Shown: piece by piece, positions 1 to 10,734 of the stretch
Position numbering within the stretch: position 1 is the first letter of the stretch
Layout of the letters: each line of letters begins with the position of its first letter
DNA from: Fibrobacterales bacterium
GTDB lineage: Bacteria > Fibrobacterota > Fibrobacteria > Fibrobacterales > JAOPTW01
Length of the DNA stretch: 64,000 nt
Reading direction: 5' to 3'
Assembly: GCA_051532035.1 (NCBI GenBank)
Contig: JAOPTW010000012.1
Coordinates: 1-64,000, forward strand
Translations under genes and position numbers: made by a program
Notes under the pieces: generated by a model
Told to the model about the DNA's origin: nothing
What the model saw: only the letters and a program-made list of their open reading frames with translations
Databases searched by the model: none

Positions 1-1
1 T

Positions 2-1210
2 ATGAGTAAGCGTTGTTGGGCTTTGAGTCGGAGAGTTATGAACAGTAGGATTGTCTTGTTATCACTGATATTACTGCCTTTAGTGGTGGTATTGTTATAC
101 GTCGGTGTTGGTGGCTCAAAAATAATTGAAGGGAATGTTAATCTGGTAATACGTAAGCCACCCTACCTGTTCTCTGATTCAACAAAGGTATTAATTCAGA
201 AGTTGTTTATTGCTGACCTCCATAATGATATTTTGATGTTTAGCAGGGATATTCTTAAGCGGTCTGAGGTGGGGCACACAGATATTCCACGATTACTTGA
301 AAGTAATGTGTCATTGCAGACTTTTTCAGCAGCGACAATGCTGCCATCATCTTGGCTTAATGACCCCTATTCAAAATCAGATGGTGGGTTTGACCTGCTT
401 ACACCTCTATCCATATCACAAGGTTATCCAATACATGCTTGGTTTGACCCGTTGCAACGGGCCCTGTATATGAGTGAGAAATTACATGATGCTGAAAAAA
501 GGTCCAAGGGTGCTCTTACTATAATCAAAACAAAGAGTGGTTTAGAGCGATTTATGAATGGCAATAGTGAGAGTAGAATGGCTGGGGTGTTGTCTATTGA
601 AGGGCTTCATGTGATTGATGGAATGATAGATAATCTTGATACCCTCTATAAGTCTGGCTACCGAATGATGGGGGTTGCTCATTTTCATGATAATAAAGTG
701 GGTGGTTCTTGTAGCGGGGACGAACAATATGGTTTAACTGATTTTGGTAAAAAGCTTATAAGGCAAATGGAAGAGAAAGGAATTCTTATTGACCTTGCTC
801 ATGCATCTCATGAGGCGTATACAGATGTACTTGAGATGGCAACAACACCAGTAGTTGTTTCGCATACGGGAGTACAAGGTATTAATCCTATTCCTCGCAA
901 TATGACTGATGCAGAGATAATTGGAGTGGCTCGGTCGGGTGGGGTTATTGGGGTAGGGTTTTGGGATGGGGCTATTAAAGAATCATCTGCTGCTGGAATT
1001 GTAAAGACGATGACTTATATAAAAGAGTTAGTGGGAGTGGACTACCTTGCCCTTGGATCAGATTTTGATGGGAGTATTCGAGCTCCTTTTACGGCTTTAG
1101 GATTACCCTTGATTGTCGAAGAGCTTATTGAAAATGGTTATACAGAAGGTGAGATTGGGAAAATAATGGGTGGCAATATATTGAGGGTCTATCGTTCTGT
1201 GCTCAAGTAA
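2..1210 (+). CDS. Membrane dipeptidase (peptidase M19, amidohydrolase fold); true start may be ATG at 38
   Basis: Motifs DLHND, LSIEGLH, IDLAHAS, VVSHTG, RNMTD, LGSDFDG; N-terminal hydrophobic anchor. Confidence 0.9.
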   Translation: MSKRCWALSRRVMNSRIVLLSLILLPLVVVLLYVGVGGSKIIEGNVNLVIRKPPYLFSDSTKVLIQKLFIADLHNDILMFSRDILKRSEVGHTDIPRLLESNVSLQTFSAATMLPSSWLNDPYSKSDGGFDLLTPLSISQGYPIHAWFDPLQRALYMSEKLHDAEKRSKGALTIIKTKSGLERFMNGNSESRMAGVLSIEGLHVIDGMIDNLDTLYKSGYRMMGVAHFHDNKVGGSCSGDEQYGLTDFGKKLIRQMEEKGILIDLAHASHEAYTDVLEMATTPVVVSHTGVQGINPIPRNMTDAEIIGVARSGGVIGVGFWDGAIKESSAAGIVKTMTYIKELVGVDYLALGSDFDGSIRAPFTALGLPLIVEELIENGYTEGEIGKIMGGNILRVYRSVLK

Positions 1211-1727
1211 TGTATGAAGGGTAGTCGGTGGTCGATACCATTAAATTGAACAGGCGTAAAAGATGTTCGAGGCGTGTATACACCCACCTCACAAAACATT
1301 TAATATTCTAATTACTCTTGTATTTGTGAGAGGACATTGAACATGGCACGAAACTGAAGCTTTTTCAATCCTTTGAAACGGTGATCAGTGTGTGAGTCAA
1401 TGTTTAATTTTAGCTGTAAGTCGAGTTTGTGACACGGTTTTGTAGTTGAAAAGTTTGTTGCAAATGATGCAGAATCAATAATAGTTCTCACGGTATAAAT
1501 GCATGGGCCTTGATCTGAGGCTATTTTCATAGAGCTAAGACTCGACACTATCTTTGTATCTTACCAAGAAGCCTCTGATGATTATTAAAAATAGTGTTCA
1601 CTATTACTAAACAGAAATGTCCTTCATAAACTCGATTCAATTAAGGTTTCCTTATTGCTTTAATAATTTTACAGCAAAACCATCGTATCAGTGGTGCAAA
1701 TGCAGACTGAATTAAAAAGGAAACTCA

Positions 1728-2594
1728 TTGAAAATAAAAATAGTAATAGCATTGGTGCTCTTTAGCACGGCAGTTTTTAGTGGAACATGGGGGAAGTTGA
1801 AATATGCCTATGTAACCACCTATTCGATTGTGGATTATTCAGAGGCTCGAGAATTCCATGATGTAACTAAAGGGAGTAAAACATTAGAAGATTTACAACG
1901 GAGTCATGCACATGCAGATAATTTCGCTACGATAATGACTAAAGCAAAAAATAAAGGAAGTAGAGTCCGACGCTATACATTTAAAGACTCTGAAGTCACA
2001 GAAGCTCTAATGAAAGGAACAGAATCTGATAATTCTGAATTTGTTGTATTTGTAGGACATGGCAACAAAACTAGTGATGAGGTTTATAAAAATGGAATGA
2101 AAGGTTTAGGGCCAATTACTTATGATGGTGGGACGTTGGAGCCTTCTGAAAAAGCTTATGGTCTTGATGATACTAAATGGGTCTTTTATGATAACTGTTG
2201 GTCACTAAATAGGCCAGTAGCAGACTTTTGGCCTGCGTTTAAAGGATTACATGCAATGTTTGGATATACATCTATGATGTGGCAAGCAAGAGTGCCATAT
2301 TGGCCATGGTCGGCCCATACAACAGAACAAAAGTGGGATACCTTTTCCTCTAAATGGGTAAATGAAGGATATACCATGTGGGATGCATACAAAGAGGCAA
2401 TTCGAAAAGATATTGTGATGGATCTCGGAGCTAGTGAAGAGATTAAGGTGATATCGGTTAAAGGAACAGCTGATGGTCGAAGCTTCGACGGCGCACTTGA
2501 GAAATATAATGATGTATACAATGATCAGGCCACTGGAGACGCACGAAAATATATCGGTTGGAGAAGTACTAAATATGGATCACCAACATACTAA
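1728..2594 (+). CDS. Secreted DUF6345-like protein (possible clan CD His-Cys peptidase fold)
   Basis: Signal peptide; FVVFVGHG, KWVFYDNCWSL and FKGLHAMFGY motifs; RBS AAGGA before TTG start. Confidence 0.6.
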   Translation: MKIKIVIALVLFSTAVFSGTWGKLKYAYVTTYSIVDYSEAREFHDVTKGSKTLEDLQRSHAHADNFATIMTKAKNKGSRVRRYTFKDSEVTEALMKGTESDNSEFVVFVGHGNKTSDEVYKNGMKGLGPITYDGGTLEPSEKAYGLDDTKWVFYDNCWSLNRPVADFWPAFKGLHAMFGYTSMMWQARVPYWPWSAHTTEQKWDTFSSKWVNEGYTMWDAYKEAIRKDIVMDLGASEEIKVISVKGTADGRSFDGALEKYNDVYNDQATGDARKYIGWRSTKYGSPTY

Positions 2595-2621
2595 ACGACA
2601 TTAGCTGCAAAGGAAAATTGA

Positions 2622-3575
2622 ATGAAAAAAATTATAATTACACTAGTCACACTATCCGCGCTTGGGTTTTCTCAAGAATTTAATCAAAATGTGTCAGATT
2701 TTGTTGCGGGTTTTTACAATAAAAATACGGAAAAACATCGTTCAGGTCAGGTACTAAGTAATAAAAAGCTTTTCGAAGGAGTTGAAACTGATTTTGTTAT
2801 AGAAGACTTTGAAGAGACAGAAGAACTCTATCAATTAGATAACTCAGATGTTACACACTGGAAGGAGAGAGAATTACCTGAATACAGACTTAATTTTAAC
2901 GCAAACAAACGGTTATTAAAACGTTTTAAAAAGAAGAAGTATGATGATTTTGAAATACAATATGATTCTTCAGATAAAGTGTGTATTGTTACTCCTAAGG
3001 TGCCAATGGTTGCTAAATGGAAAAAGTTTAGTGAACGAAAAGCCAATCGTTTTGCTGATAGAATTCTCAGAAAAAAATTCGCATTTCTGAAAGGTAAAAT
3101 TGAATTCTCTAATAGTATTAAAGAGACTGAATCAATTGATGAGTCTGGAGCTGAGAGGGTGGTTAAATATGGTGTCAGGTACCGAAGAATTTTTAGAAAG
3201 GGAATTCTAAGAAAAAATATCTCTTTTGTTGAAGTCTGGTTTGATGCATCTGGATCTCTTGAGAAGATCGAACTTCGTTGGCCAAAATTTAGATCGAAAC
3301 AACGTTATGAGGCAGTTACTATAAATGAAGCTTGGCTCGGTGCCAGAGATGAATTGATAAGCATAGTACACGGTGACTTAGGCGCACTTGCCAATATTCA
3401 GGTCACAGGTATATCTCTTGCGTGGATGCCAATTAAAGAGTCAGAAGATGATCAGACTGTAGGGCTCATTTCACCGTGTTACAGTTTTATGGTACAATTT
3501 CCCGAAGAAAGTGAATTTGCACAGAAAGAGATGCTGATTGATGTTCCGGCTTTGAGGAAGTATCTCAATAATTAA
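2622..3575 (+). CDS. Secreted hypothetical protein, co-oriented partner of the DUF6345-like gene
   Basis: 317-aa ORF with signal peptide and RBS AAGGA; 27-bp gap from upstream gene. Confidence 0.7.
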   Translation: MKKIIITLVTLSALGFSQEFNQNVSDFVAGFYNKNTEKHRSGQVLSNKKLFEGVETDFVIEDFEETEELYQLDNSDVTHWKERELPEYRLNFNANKRLLKRFKKKKYDDFEIQYDSSDKVCIVTPKVPMVAKWKKFSERKANRFADRILRKKFAFLKGKIEFSNSIKETESIDESGAERVVKYGVRYRRIFRKGILRKNISFVEVWFDASGSLEKIELRWPKFRSKQRYEAVTINEAWLGARDELISIVHGDLGALANIQVTGISLAWMPIKESEDDQTVGLISPCYSFMVQFPEESEFAQKEMLIDVPALRKYLNN

Positions 3576-3619
3576 ATCATTGAAGTGGTTCTGGATATAA
3601 CCATTTTTCAATAACACCT

Positions 3620-3645
3620 CCCAGTATATCGCATGGTATACTGGG
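3620..3645. other. Intergenic stem-loop (CCCAGTATA-N8-TATACTGGG)
   Basis: 9-bp perfect inverted repeat between co-oriented genes, no long U-tract. Confidence 0.45.
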
Positions 3646-3669
3646 TTCACCCTATACTAGAGAGGAACA

Positions 3670-6600
3670 ATGAAGCATCTGCTTTTATTATTAATAATTT
3701 CTATAACACAGATTTTCGCCGGGTATATAATCGACCAGCAGGAAGGACAACTAACTAATTTGTCTGATCGAGGATCTATAAATATTTTGATATACGATGA
3801 TGACAATCCGGTTCTCACAAAAAATGTTAATGCACGAGGACAAAAATGGATTTTTGTGCAATGGGGGAATGTGCTTAACAAATTCAAAATTGTTCGGGTC
3901 AACAACCATAATCAAATTGATGGGTATTTGGGATGGTCTGGCGGTGCCGCACACATATTCGCCAAAAGTGACGAAAGGGCTGAATGGTATGTCAGTTATG
4001 ATGCTGATGGCATAAAACTTTTTAATGATGAGGCGCAGAAATACCTTGCCGGGAATACTTCTGATGGTACACTCTTTTTTACGGAAGATAGTGAAGCGGA
4101 AGGAACAGAGTGGAAATTTACCAATTTCGTGAAAAGTATCAGTATTGGTGATCAGATGCTGTTCCGTAATATTGGACCGGATTATGATGCGCGTCGTATG
4201 CTCATTGATCATGATGCGGGTGCGTTGGGACTGACCAGTCTCGACTATTATGAAGATCTGGAAACTGATCCTCATCCATTCTGGAATTTCTATTCAAGAC
4301 CGTCAACCGGGTCTTCTACAAACAAGTATGAAATTATGAACGGGGACTGGTATTTTCAATGCGATGCACATAATGTTTTTACCGCACATGAAGACCATTC
4401 TACAAGTGAGGTTGACTGGATATTGGATGATATAGGGAGTGGGCTGTTCAGATTTAAGTGTATCGAATCATCAAATTGGTTAAAAGTAGATGTTGCAACC
4501 GGTGAATATAGTCAAACTGATGTCGAGGATGAAGCGAGTATCCTGCACTTCTATGACTGGTTCAGGAGTACTCCTTTAATAAGTACCTCAACTAATAATC
4601 ACGATTTTAAATCCAAAGTGCTGAGAGTTCTCAATACTTCGGGTGATCTGTATGACGCTATTACTCCTGTTGAAGCGGAGAATGGAACGGTAGTATCCGG
4701 TTCGGTCGTTATGGATAATGAGGCAAGTGGTATTACCTATATAGATGGTATTTCCACTGGTGATATGGTAAAGTTTACAGTTAATTTTAGAGATGGTGCT
4801 GACAGACTGGTATTTCATCAAAAATTTGCCAGCAGTTCAAATGACCCTCTGCTTATTCGCCTTGATAGTCCTACGGGGAAAATTATCGGTCAATTAAAGC
4901 CGAGTCTCGTACTGTCTCATCCTTTTTTTAAATATGTAGAATCTCCTATTGATTATACTACGGGAACCCATGATATATATATGAGTAGCGCCGGGCATTC
5001 AAGTGATGTCGGTATAGATTACCTGTTTCCCTTTAATGCAAATAGGCTTAAAATTGATGAAGAGCAGTTTAGAGTATTGAAAAAGAACTCTGCTTCTACC
5101 GGAGTGGAACTGGCTGGTGATAATGCCGGATCGCTCTTTGAAATTACTGCAGCTGATGATATTACCTCATTTGCACTTAAAGAAAGTAGTTCTCAAAAAT
5201 ATGTAGGGTGTCTTGCCGGTCGTGCCGATCTTGAATTGGCGTACCCCTATTCTGGTTCGGATTTTATGCACTGGAAAATAAATGAAGCGCGGAAGCCGGG
5301 CATTGTTGGTAACGATGAACATCAGATACAGTGTCAGAAGGATGAAGGCATCGTGCAGTTGGCAGGGAATACTCTGGACGGCAGAGTGCAGTTAAATACA
5401 CAAACTGTAGGTCCGGATGATTCATTCTGGCAGTTAGACCGGGTGTCGGTAAGAGAAGGAGATAGGGTACGTTTTAAACTTTCGAACGGAAGATATCTGA
5501 GTAGTGTGTCCGGTGCCTCAAGTGTAGAGGGAACAAAATCACTTGGTGATGATGGGGTATTCTGGGAACTTATTCAGAATGATGACGGTACCTATAAAAT
5601 ATACAACAGAAATATTGAATCGAGCCCCCGCTATCTCATTGGAACGTCTGGTAGAGCGATTACTCATGAAGATAAGAATTCGTCCGGATCTAACTGGGAG
5701 ATCTCTTTTTCAGGTGAAATGGCATTTATTAAATGTGTAAAGAGTGGAGAGTTTACATGGCTCAGTTTTGATGAATCTACCAATGCTATTGTTTTGTCGC
5801 GATTTAAGGACTCCAATGTCGCCGACTGGAGTATTCAGAAAAAAAGTCCTGCCTCAATGAAAGAGATTCTTTATGTTATTGGAAATGGATTCGGAGATAG
5901 GGAAGAGTACTATGCGGAAGAGAGAAACTCACTGGTTACTGCACTGAAGGCAGTCTGTACTTTTGATTTTTTCATCACCTCTAAATTTGAAAATCAGATC
6001 TCTAAACATACTGATCTGTCGATGTATGACTTAATTGTGTACCACAATGGAACAAATAAAAATGGTACAAGACCAAGCTTGACCGCTATTGAATCGATTA
6101 TCAGAAATCATCGGGAGCATGATGTGCCTCTCTACTGGGTTGGCCGGTATCTTGGTGAAATGCTGGATGAATATAGTGCAAGTGATGACTATAGAGATCA
6201 ATTGGATGAAAATCCGTATTTGCTCGATATTGCTCAATATGGAGAATACTTTCTTATACACCGTAACAGCAGCACTATTAATGGCTCAGAGGAACCCATT
6301 AAAGCATGGGCTAATAAGCATATTCCTAATTTAAGTTATAGCTTCGGTTCTTTTACTTATAATGAAAAATTTACTCCTGCAGTGCGGTTTGATGCATCTG
6401 TACAGTCTGTATTTGCTACTGATTACCGTGAGGAATTAATTCTCGCAAAGGTAAATAACCGTGGTGTTAAAATTATGACTCAAATGACAGACTTGAATGG
6501 TGAATATTTTGATACAGCCGCTAAAGCGAATGAGATTGTGTATAGAAATATTATGTGGCTTCTGCATGATGCTGCACCAGTAAAAAGTAAAGTCACAATT

Positions 6601-9600
6601 TCTTCAGCAGTTGGAGGAGATATCTATCTGAACGGATACTTTACCGGTATTACTAAAACAGCCTCTGAAAATGTAGAATTGGTACTTCCACATCGAGGGG
6701 TTCATGATATTGGTTTTTCAGGAGACAATGAACGATTTGGATGGGAATTTGTTGTTGCTGATGGCTCAAATAAATCAGTAACCTTTGATGAAAACTGGAT
6801 CCAGCCTAAAGAGTGGAATGTAAAAGTTGGATTTGTGTCACAAGGTAAATTGGGTTCGTATATTGATCCAATTGAAATGACCCAAAATATGAAAGATTCC
6901 CTTAAAGCCCAGGTACAATATGTATATGATGACCTGGTCGCTCCTCATAGTCACGGACTCGTTAAGTGGAATATAACCTATGAAGATGCTGCTGACATCG
7001 GTGAATTGGTAGAGAGGGATGAAAAAGAAATAGTTAAAACGTATTACCCAGATCCAGATTCCTACATGTCTGATAGTGATAAAGAAGATTACGACCTTAC
7101 CATTTATTTACATAAATTTTGGTTCTATTTAGATAAGGCTCATGTTGTTGGCCCATCACTTAGATTGTTGAGCAGTCAAGATGATCAACATATAGTAGCA
7201 TGTGATTTGGGTAAGACTAATGACCTTTCAGTTCGTGAAAGTTATAGTAGTAGAGGCGGTAGTTATCATAAAGAAAGCTGGCATTTTAGAGAGAAAGACG
7301 ATGGACAATATGCAATAGAGATTATGGATCTTGCTGGAGTATCTCAAGGTTTTCTTGCGAGCAATTCCTCCGGTATGGCTCCTGAACTATCAGAATTAGA
7401 GAATGTAAATACTGTATGGGAAATAGAAGAAGCTCAGGGGATAGCACAAAAATTTATTCTTAAAAATGTCTCCAAACAGAGATATTTATTCCGTATATCT
7501 GGAAGTGATAACCTAAGTCTGACTATCAACGACCCAAGAATATCAAAAAATTCTGACGGGATTTGGTATCTTGCACTGAAAACAGATGTAAATCCAGTGG
7601 CTCGGGGTTGGGCTATTACTGATGACACGGATGGCTGGATGTGGAGTCACGGAGATAAAAGGCGATCACAGCTTCAGCATGAAGTTGGTCATATTTATGG
7701 AAGTCTCTTTAATGATAAGGGGTATAACATTGGTTATGACGATGTACATGGATTAGATAATTATGATTTTTATGATACAAAGTCCCATACCCGCATAGGA
7801 TATGAAGGGGTACATTATGATGAACCAGATGCAACGGTGTATTTTGAGGATTACTTCAAGGGTAAATTATATGAAAATGGAGCGTATTATGGAACATCAC
7901 CCATTGGACTTTTATTTCATGGTCGTTTAAAATCGAGTCCTGCACTAGCTGGCGGACGAGGAGAAATGCTCATGGTTTATGGTGATCGTCATAGCTCAGT
8001 GTTGAATGCAGATGCTTTGATTGTTAATCCTATGGATGGTTCTATAGAGATGGAAACAAGAAATATTCCTACTTTTGAGGGAAGAAAAGCATTGAGACGT
8101 CTGTATGGTGACCAAGGGTTAAGAGTTACCGTAAACAATACTAAAGGTGAGTCATATTTTAGTAACGAAACTCCGCTAAACTTAACATTGTTTGAATCGG
8201 GCACATTAAAATTTCTAGTAAAGTCATCAATGGATTGTAAAGTATTTGTTGGTTGGAGTGGAGGTAGTTCAAAGGGCAAAAGTTATTTAGATATAGGTAA
8301 GTATGGTGCTATTATTGATCGTTTTAGTGTCGTAGAAATCCCTGTTAAAGATTTTAAAATATCTGATATAGCTAATGTAACGATCCCTTTTGGCATTACC
8401 GGTTGCTCAGACAATGGAGAAATGTGGGTAGATGAAATTAGATATGTAGAAGACGTTAATAATAGTTCTGATAATGAAGCACCAACACGCCCCAAAAATG
8501 CTACTGTGGTGGAAGTGGGGGCTTCTTCAGCAATTATAGCATGGGGAGCTTCAGTAGACAATGTCGGTGTTGAAGCATATATTATACAAAGCTCTTCATT
8601 TAATGGAACTGTTACCCATGGCTCTACTAGTGACCTGATATTTACAGTTACTGATCTTGTACATGGAATGAACTCTAATATTTCAGTAATAGCTGTTGAT
8701 GCTGCAGGTAACTTTTCAGAACCAACCGTAGTGAGTGTTACTCCAATGCTTAAGGAGTCTATCTATGAAATGGTTAATGTTAATAGTGGTAAATGTATTG
8801 ATGTACTGCGTGGTGGAACTGCTAATGCTACTAATGTTCAACAATACGACTGTAATGGGACTAATGGACAGCAGTGGTCTCTTGAATACAGCATTAACGG
8901 TTCAATTGCATTTAAAAATGTCAATGCAGATAAATATCTAGATATTGCTAATGGTGGCGCTTTATCTAATATTCAAATTTGGTATAATGATCTACCAGGA
9001 AGAAGCCAACGTTGGAATGTGCGTATAAATGACGATGGTAGTTATACTTTTGAATCTGTTATTGTTCCAGGCAAGTGTATTGATGTACAAGGAGCCTCAA
9101 GTGCTAATTATGCAAATATTCAAGTATATTCCTGTAATGGAACTACTGCACAGCGGTTTACTCTGAATGAAGTGTTCGGTCCCGGATCCGATGAATTTAG
9201 GGACCTACGAGACAATAAGGTCTATAAAAAGGTAACCATCGGCAACCAAATCTGGATGGCTGAAAACCTCAACTACTCTGCCGATAACGCGATAGGGTAC
9301 TGTAGTGGTGAATCGAACAAAAATGATGCGGCAACCTGCGACACTTATGGCAGACTCTATAACTGGTATGAAGCAATGGATGGAGATGCTTCAACTAGTG
9401 CTAACCCGAGTAATGCACAAGGACTCTGTCCGGAAAGCTGGCACGTGCCAAGTAATGCTGAATGGCAAGAACTTATTGGCTATGTATCTGTAAACAACCT
9501 TGGGGCAGAAGTAGGTCAAAGTCTCAAGTCCACAACCCACTGGGATGCTAATACAAGTGGAGGACCGGGCACAGATTTATTCGGTTTTTCCGCACTACCA

Positions 9601-10395
9601 GGAGGATTCGGTGGGAATAATGGTTCCGGGTATTTCAATAGTTTGAATAAATATGGATTATTCTGGTCGGCAACAATGAACGGTTCAAAAGTGTTAAGAA
9701 CAGATATGCGCTATAATGATAACGGGGTACATTACGATAATAGTGGCCCTAATTGGATGGTGTCGGTACGTTGTGTATCTGATGAAGAACCGGAAACTAC
9801 TTTCACTGATAGTCGTGACGGACAAATATATGAAAAAGTAACTATTGGTACTCAGATATGGATGGCTGAAAATCTAAACTATTCAGCTGATAATACAGTA
9901 GGGTTTTGTCATGGGCAAACAAATTATAGTGATGCGGCAACGTGTGATACCTATGGCAGAATGTATACCTGGAATGAAGCGATGAACGGGGATACTGAAA
10001 GCAGTACCAGTCCAAGTGAGAAACAGGGACTCTGCCCTGCAAACTGGCATCTGCCGAGTCATGGTGAATGGAAACAATTGGTAGCTTATGTTGTAGCTAA
10101 TAACAGTACTGTGGCAGTTGGCCAGAGTTTGAAAGCTGCGACATTGTGGAATGCTGATCCGGCAGGTGGTCCCGGTACAGACACGTACGGCTTTTCGGCA
10201 TTGGCGGCAGGATTCGGGAACACAAACGGGTCAAGCTATTACTCAAGTCTGAATAAATACGGATTACACTGGTCTACAACTAAAAGTGGGTCGAGTGTGC
10301 GCAGAACAGATTTGAGATTTTCTGATAATGCTATTTCTTATGATAACAGTGGTACTGGTTGGCGATTATCTGCCCGCTGTATTGAGAATGAATAG
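3670..10395 (+). CDS. 2241-aa secreted mosaic protein: beta-trefoil-like repeats, CBM6-like module, HExxH zinc-metallopeptidase motif, FN3, ricin-B lectin, two FISUMP (Fib_succ_major) domains
   Basis: Signal peptide; EAENG...IRLDSPTGKIIG (CBM6-like); QHEVGH at 7675-7692; APTRP...WGASVDNVGV (FN3); NSGKCIDV...QxW repeats; IGNQIWMAENLNY...CPxxWHxPS...SVRC twice. Confidence 0.8.
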   Translation: MKHLLLLLIISITQIFAGYIIDQQEGQLTNLSDRGSINILIYDDDNPVLTKNVNARGQKWIFVQWGNVLNKFKIVRVNNHNQIDGYLGWSGGAAHIFAKSDERAEWYVSYDADGIKLFNDEAQKYLAGNTSDGTLFFTEDSEAEGTEWKFTNFVKSISIGDQMLFRNIGPDYDARRMLIDHDAGALGLTSLDYYEDLETDPHPFWNFYSRPSTGSSTNKYEIMNGDWYFQCDAHNVFTAHEDHSTSEVDWILDDIGSGLFRFKCIESSNWLKVDVATGEYSQTDVEDEASILHFYDWFRSTPLISTSTNNHDFKSKVLRVLNTSGDLYDAITPVEAENGTVVSGSVVMDNEASGITYIDGISTGDMVKFTVNFRDGADRLVFHQKFASSSNDPLLIRLDSPTGKIIGQLKPSLVLSHPFFKYVESPIDYTTGTHDIYMSSAGHSSDVGIDYLFPFNANRLKIDEEQFRVLKKNSASTGVELAGDNAGSLFEITAADDITSFALKESSSQKYVGCLAGRADLELAYPYSGSDFMHWKINEARKPGIVGNDEHQIQCQKDEGIVQLAGNTLDGRVQLNTQTVGPDDSFWQLDRVSVREGDRVRFKLSNGRYLSSVSGASSVEGTKSLGDDGVFWELIQNDDGTYKIYNRNIESSPRYLIGTSGRAITHEDKNSSGSNWEISFSGEMAFIKCVKSGEFTWLSFDESTNAIVLSRFKDSNVADWSIQKKSPASMKEILYVIGNGFGDREEYYAEERNSLVTALKAVCTFDFFITSKFENQISKHTDLSMYDLIVYHNGTNKNGTRPSLTAIESIIRNHREHDVPLYWVGRYLGEMLDEYSASDDYRDQLDENPYLLDIAQYGEYFLIHRNSSTINGSEEPIKAWANKHIPNLSYSFGSFTYNEKFTPAVRFDASVQSVFATDYREELILAKVNNRGVKIMTQMTDLNGEYFDTAAKANEIVYRNIMWLLHDAAPVKSKVTISSAVGGDIYLNGYFTGITKTASENVELVLPHRGVHDIGFSGDNERFGWEFVVADGSNKSVTFDENWIQPKEWNVKVGFVSQGKLGSYIDPIEMTQNMKDSLKAQVQYVYDDLVAPHSHGLVKWNITYEDAADIGELVERDEKEIVKTYYPDPDSYMSDSDKEDYDLTIYLHKFWFYLDKAHVVGPSLRLLSSQDDQHIVACDLGKTNDLSVRESYSSRGGSYHKESWHFREKDDGQYAIEIMDLAGVSQGFLASNSSGMAPELSELENVNTVWEIEEAQGIAQKFILKNVSKQRYLFRISGSDNLSLTINDPRISKNSDGIWYLALKTDVNPVARGWAITDDTDGWMWSHGDKRRSQLQHEVGHIYGSLFNDKGYNIGYDDVHGLDNYDFYDTKSHTRIGYEGVHYDEPDATVYFEDYFKGKLYENGAYYGTSPIGLLFHGRLKSSPALAGGRGEMLMVYGDRHSSVLNADALIVNPMDGSIEMETRNIPTFEGRKALRRLYGDQGLRVTVNNTKGESYFSNETPLNLTLFESGTLKFLVKSSMDCKVFVGWSGGSSKGKSYLDIGKYGAIIDRFSVVEIPVKDFKISDIANVTIPFGITGCSDNGEMWVDEIRYVEDVNNSSDNEAPTRPKNATVVEVGASSAIIAWGASVDNVGVEAYIIQSSSFNGTVTHGSTSDLIFTVTDLVHGMNSNISVIAVDAAGNFSEPTVVSVTPMLKESIYEMVNVNSGKCIDVLRGGTANATNVQQYDCNGTNGQQWSLEYSINGSIAFKNVNADKYLDIANGGALSNIQIWYNDLPGRSQRWNVRINDDGSYTFESVIVPGKCIDVQGASSANYANIQVYSCNGTTAQRFTLNEVFGPGSDEFRDLRDNKVYKKVTIGNQIWMAENLNYSADNAIGYCSGESNKNDAATCDTYGRLYNWYEAMDGDASTSANPSNAQGLCPESWHVPSNAEWQELIGYVSVNNLGAEVGQSLKSTTHWDANTSGGPGTDLFGFSALPGGFGGNNGSGYFNSLNKYGLFWSATMNGSKVLRTDMRYNDNGVHYDNSGPNWMVSVRCVSDEEPETTFTDSRDGQIYEKVTIGTQIWMAENLNYSADNTVGFCHGQTNYSDAATCDTYGRMYTWNEAMNGDTESSTSPSEKQGLCPANWHLPSHGEWKQLVAYVVANNSTVAVGQSLKAATLWNADPAGGPGTDTYGFSALAAGFGNTNGSSYYSSLNKYGLHWSTTKSGSSVRRTDLRFSDNAISYDNSGTGWRLSARCIENE

Positions 10396-10441
10396 TATTT
10401 AATATAATTCAAGTTAACATAAGTACATAAGTACATAATAT

Positions 10442-10472
10442 AAAGTCGCTGATTGATGTCAGCGACTTTTTT
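10442..10472 (+). terminator. Rho-independent terminator
   Basis: AAAGTCGCTGA-ttgatg-TCAGCGACTTT followed by a T-run, downstream of the 2241-aa gene. Confidence 0.85.
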
Positions 10473-10734
10473 GTTTCAACATTTATCTGCGATAATTGTC
10501 GTATATAAGACTTAAAGATATTTCTGTAAACTAATTTTCGGCTCGCTTATCTGAATGTATCGCTGTGTTAGATACTTGAACATCACATTACTGGGTTGTC
10601 AAAGCTGTATAATAGTGATACATTCGGCCAATTTTGATGTATTGTTCTGCTTGGCATTTAAACAGCGGTCTCTAAAAAATAATATTTAGAGGGAAACCTA
10701 AAAGCAAAAATACATGCGTTATTTTACAACAATA

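Noticed and set aside
9193..10392. Diversity-generating retroelement TR/VR pair in the two FISUMP domains
   Set aside because: Differences are not restricted to adenines, both copies are in-frame coding, and no reverse transcriptase is present
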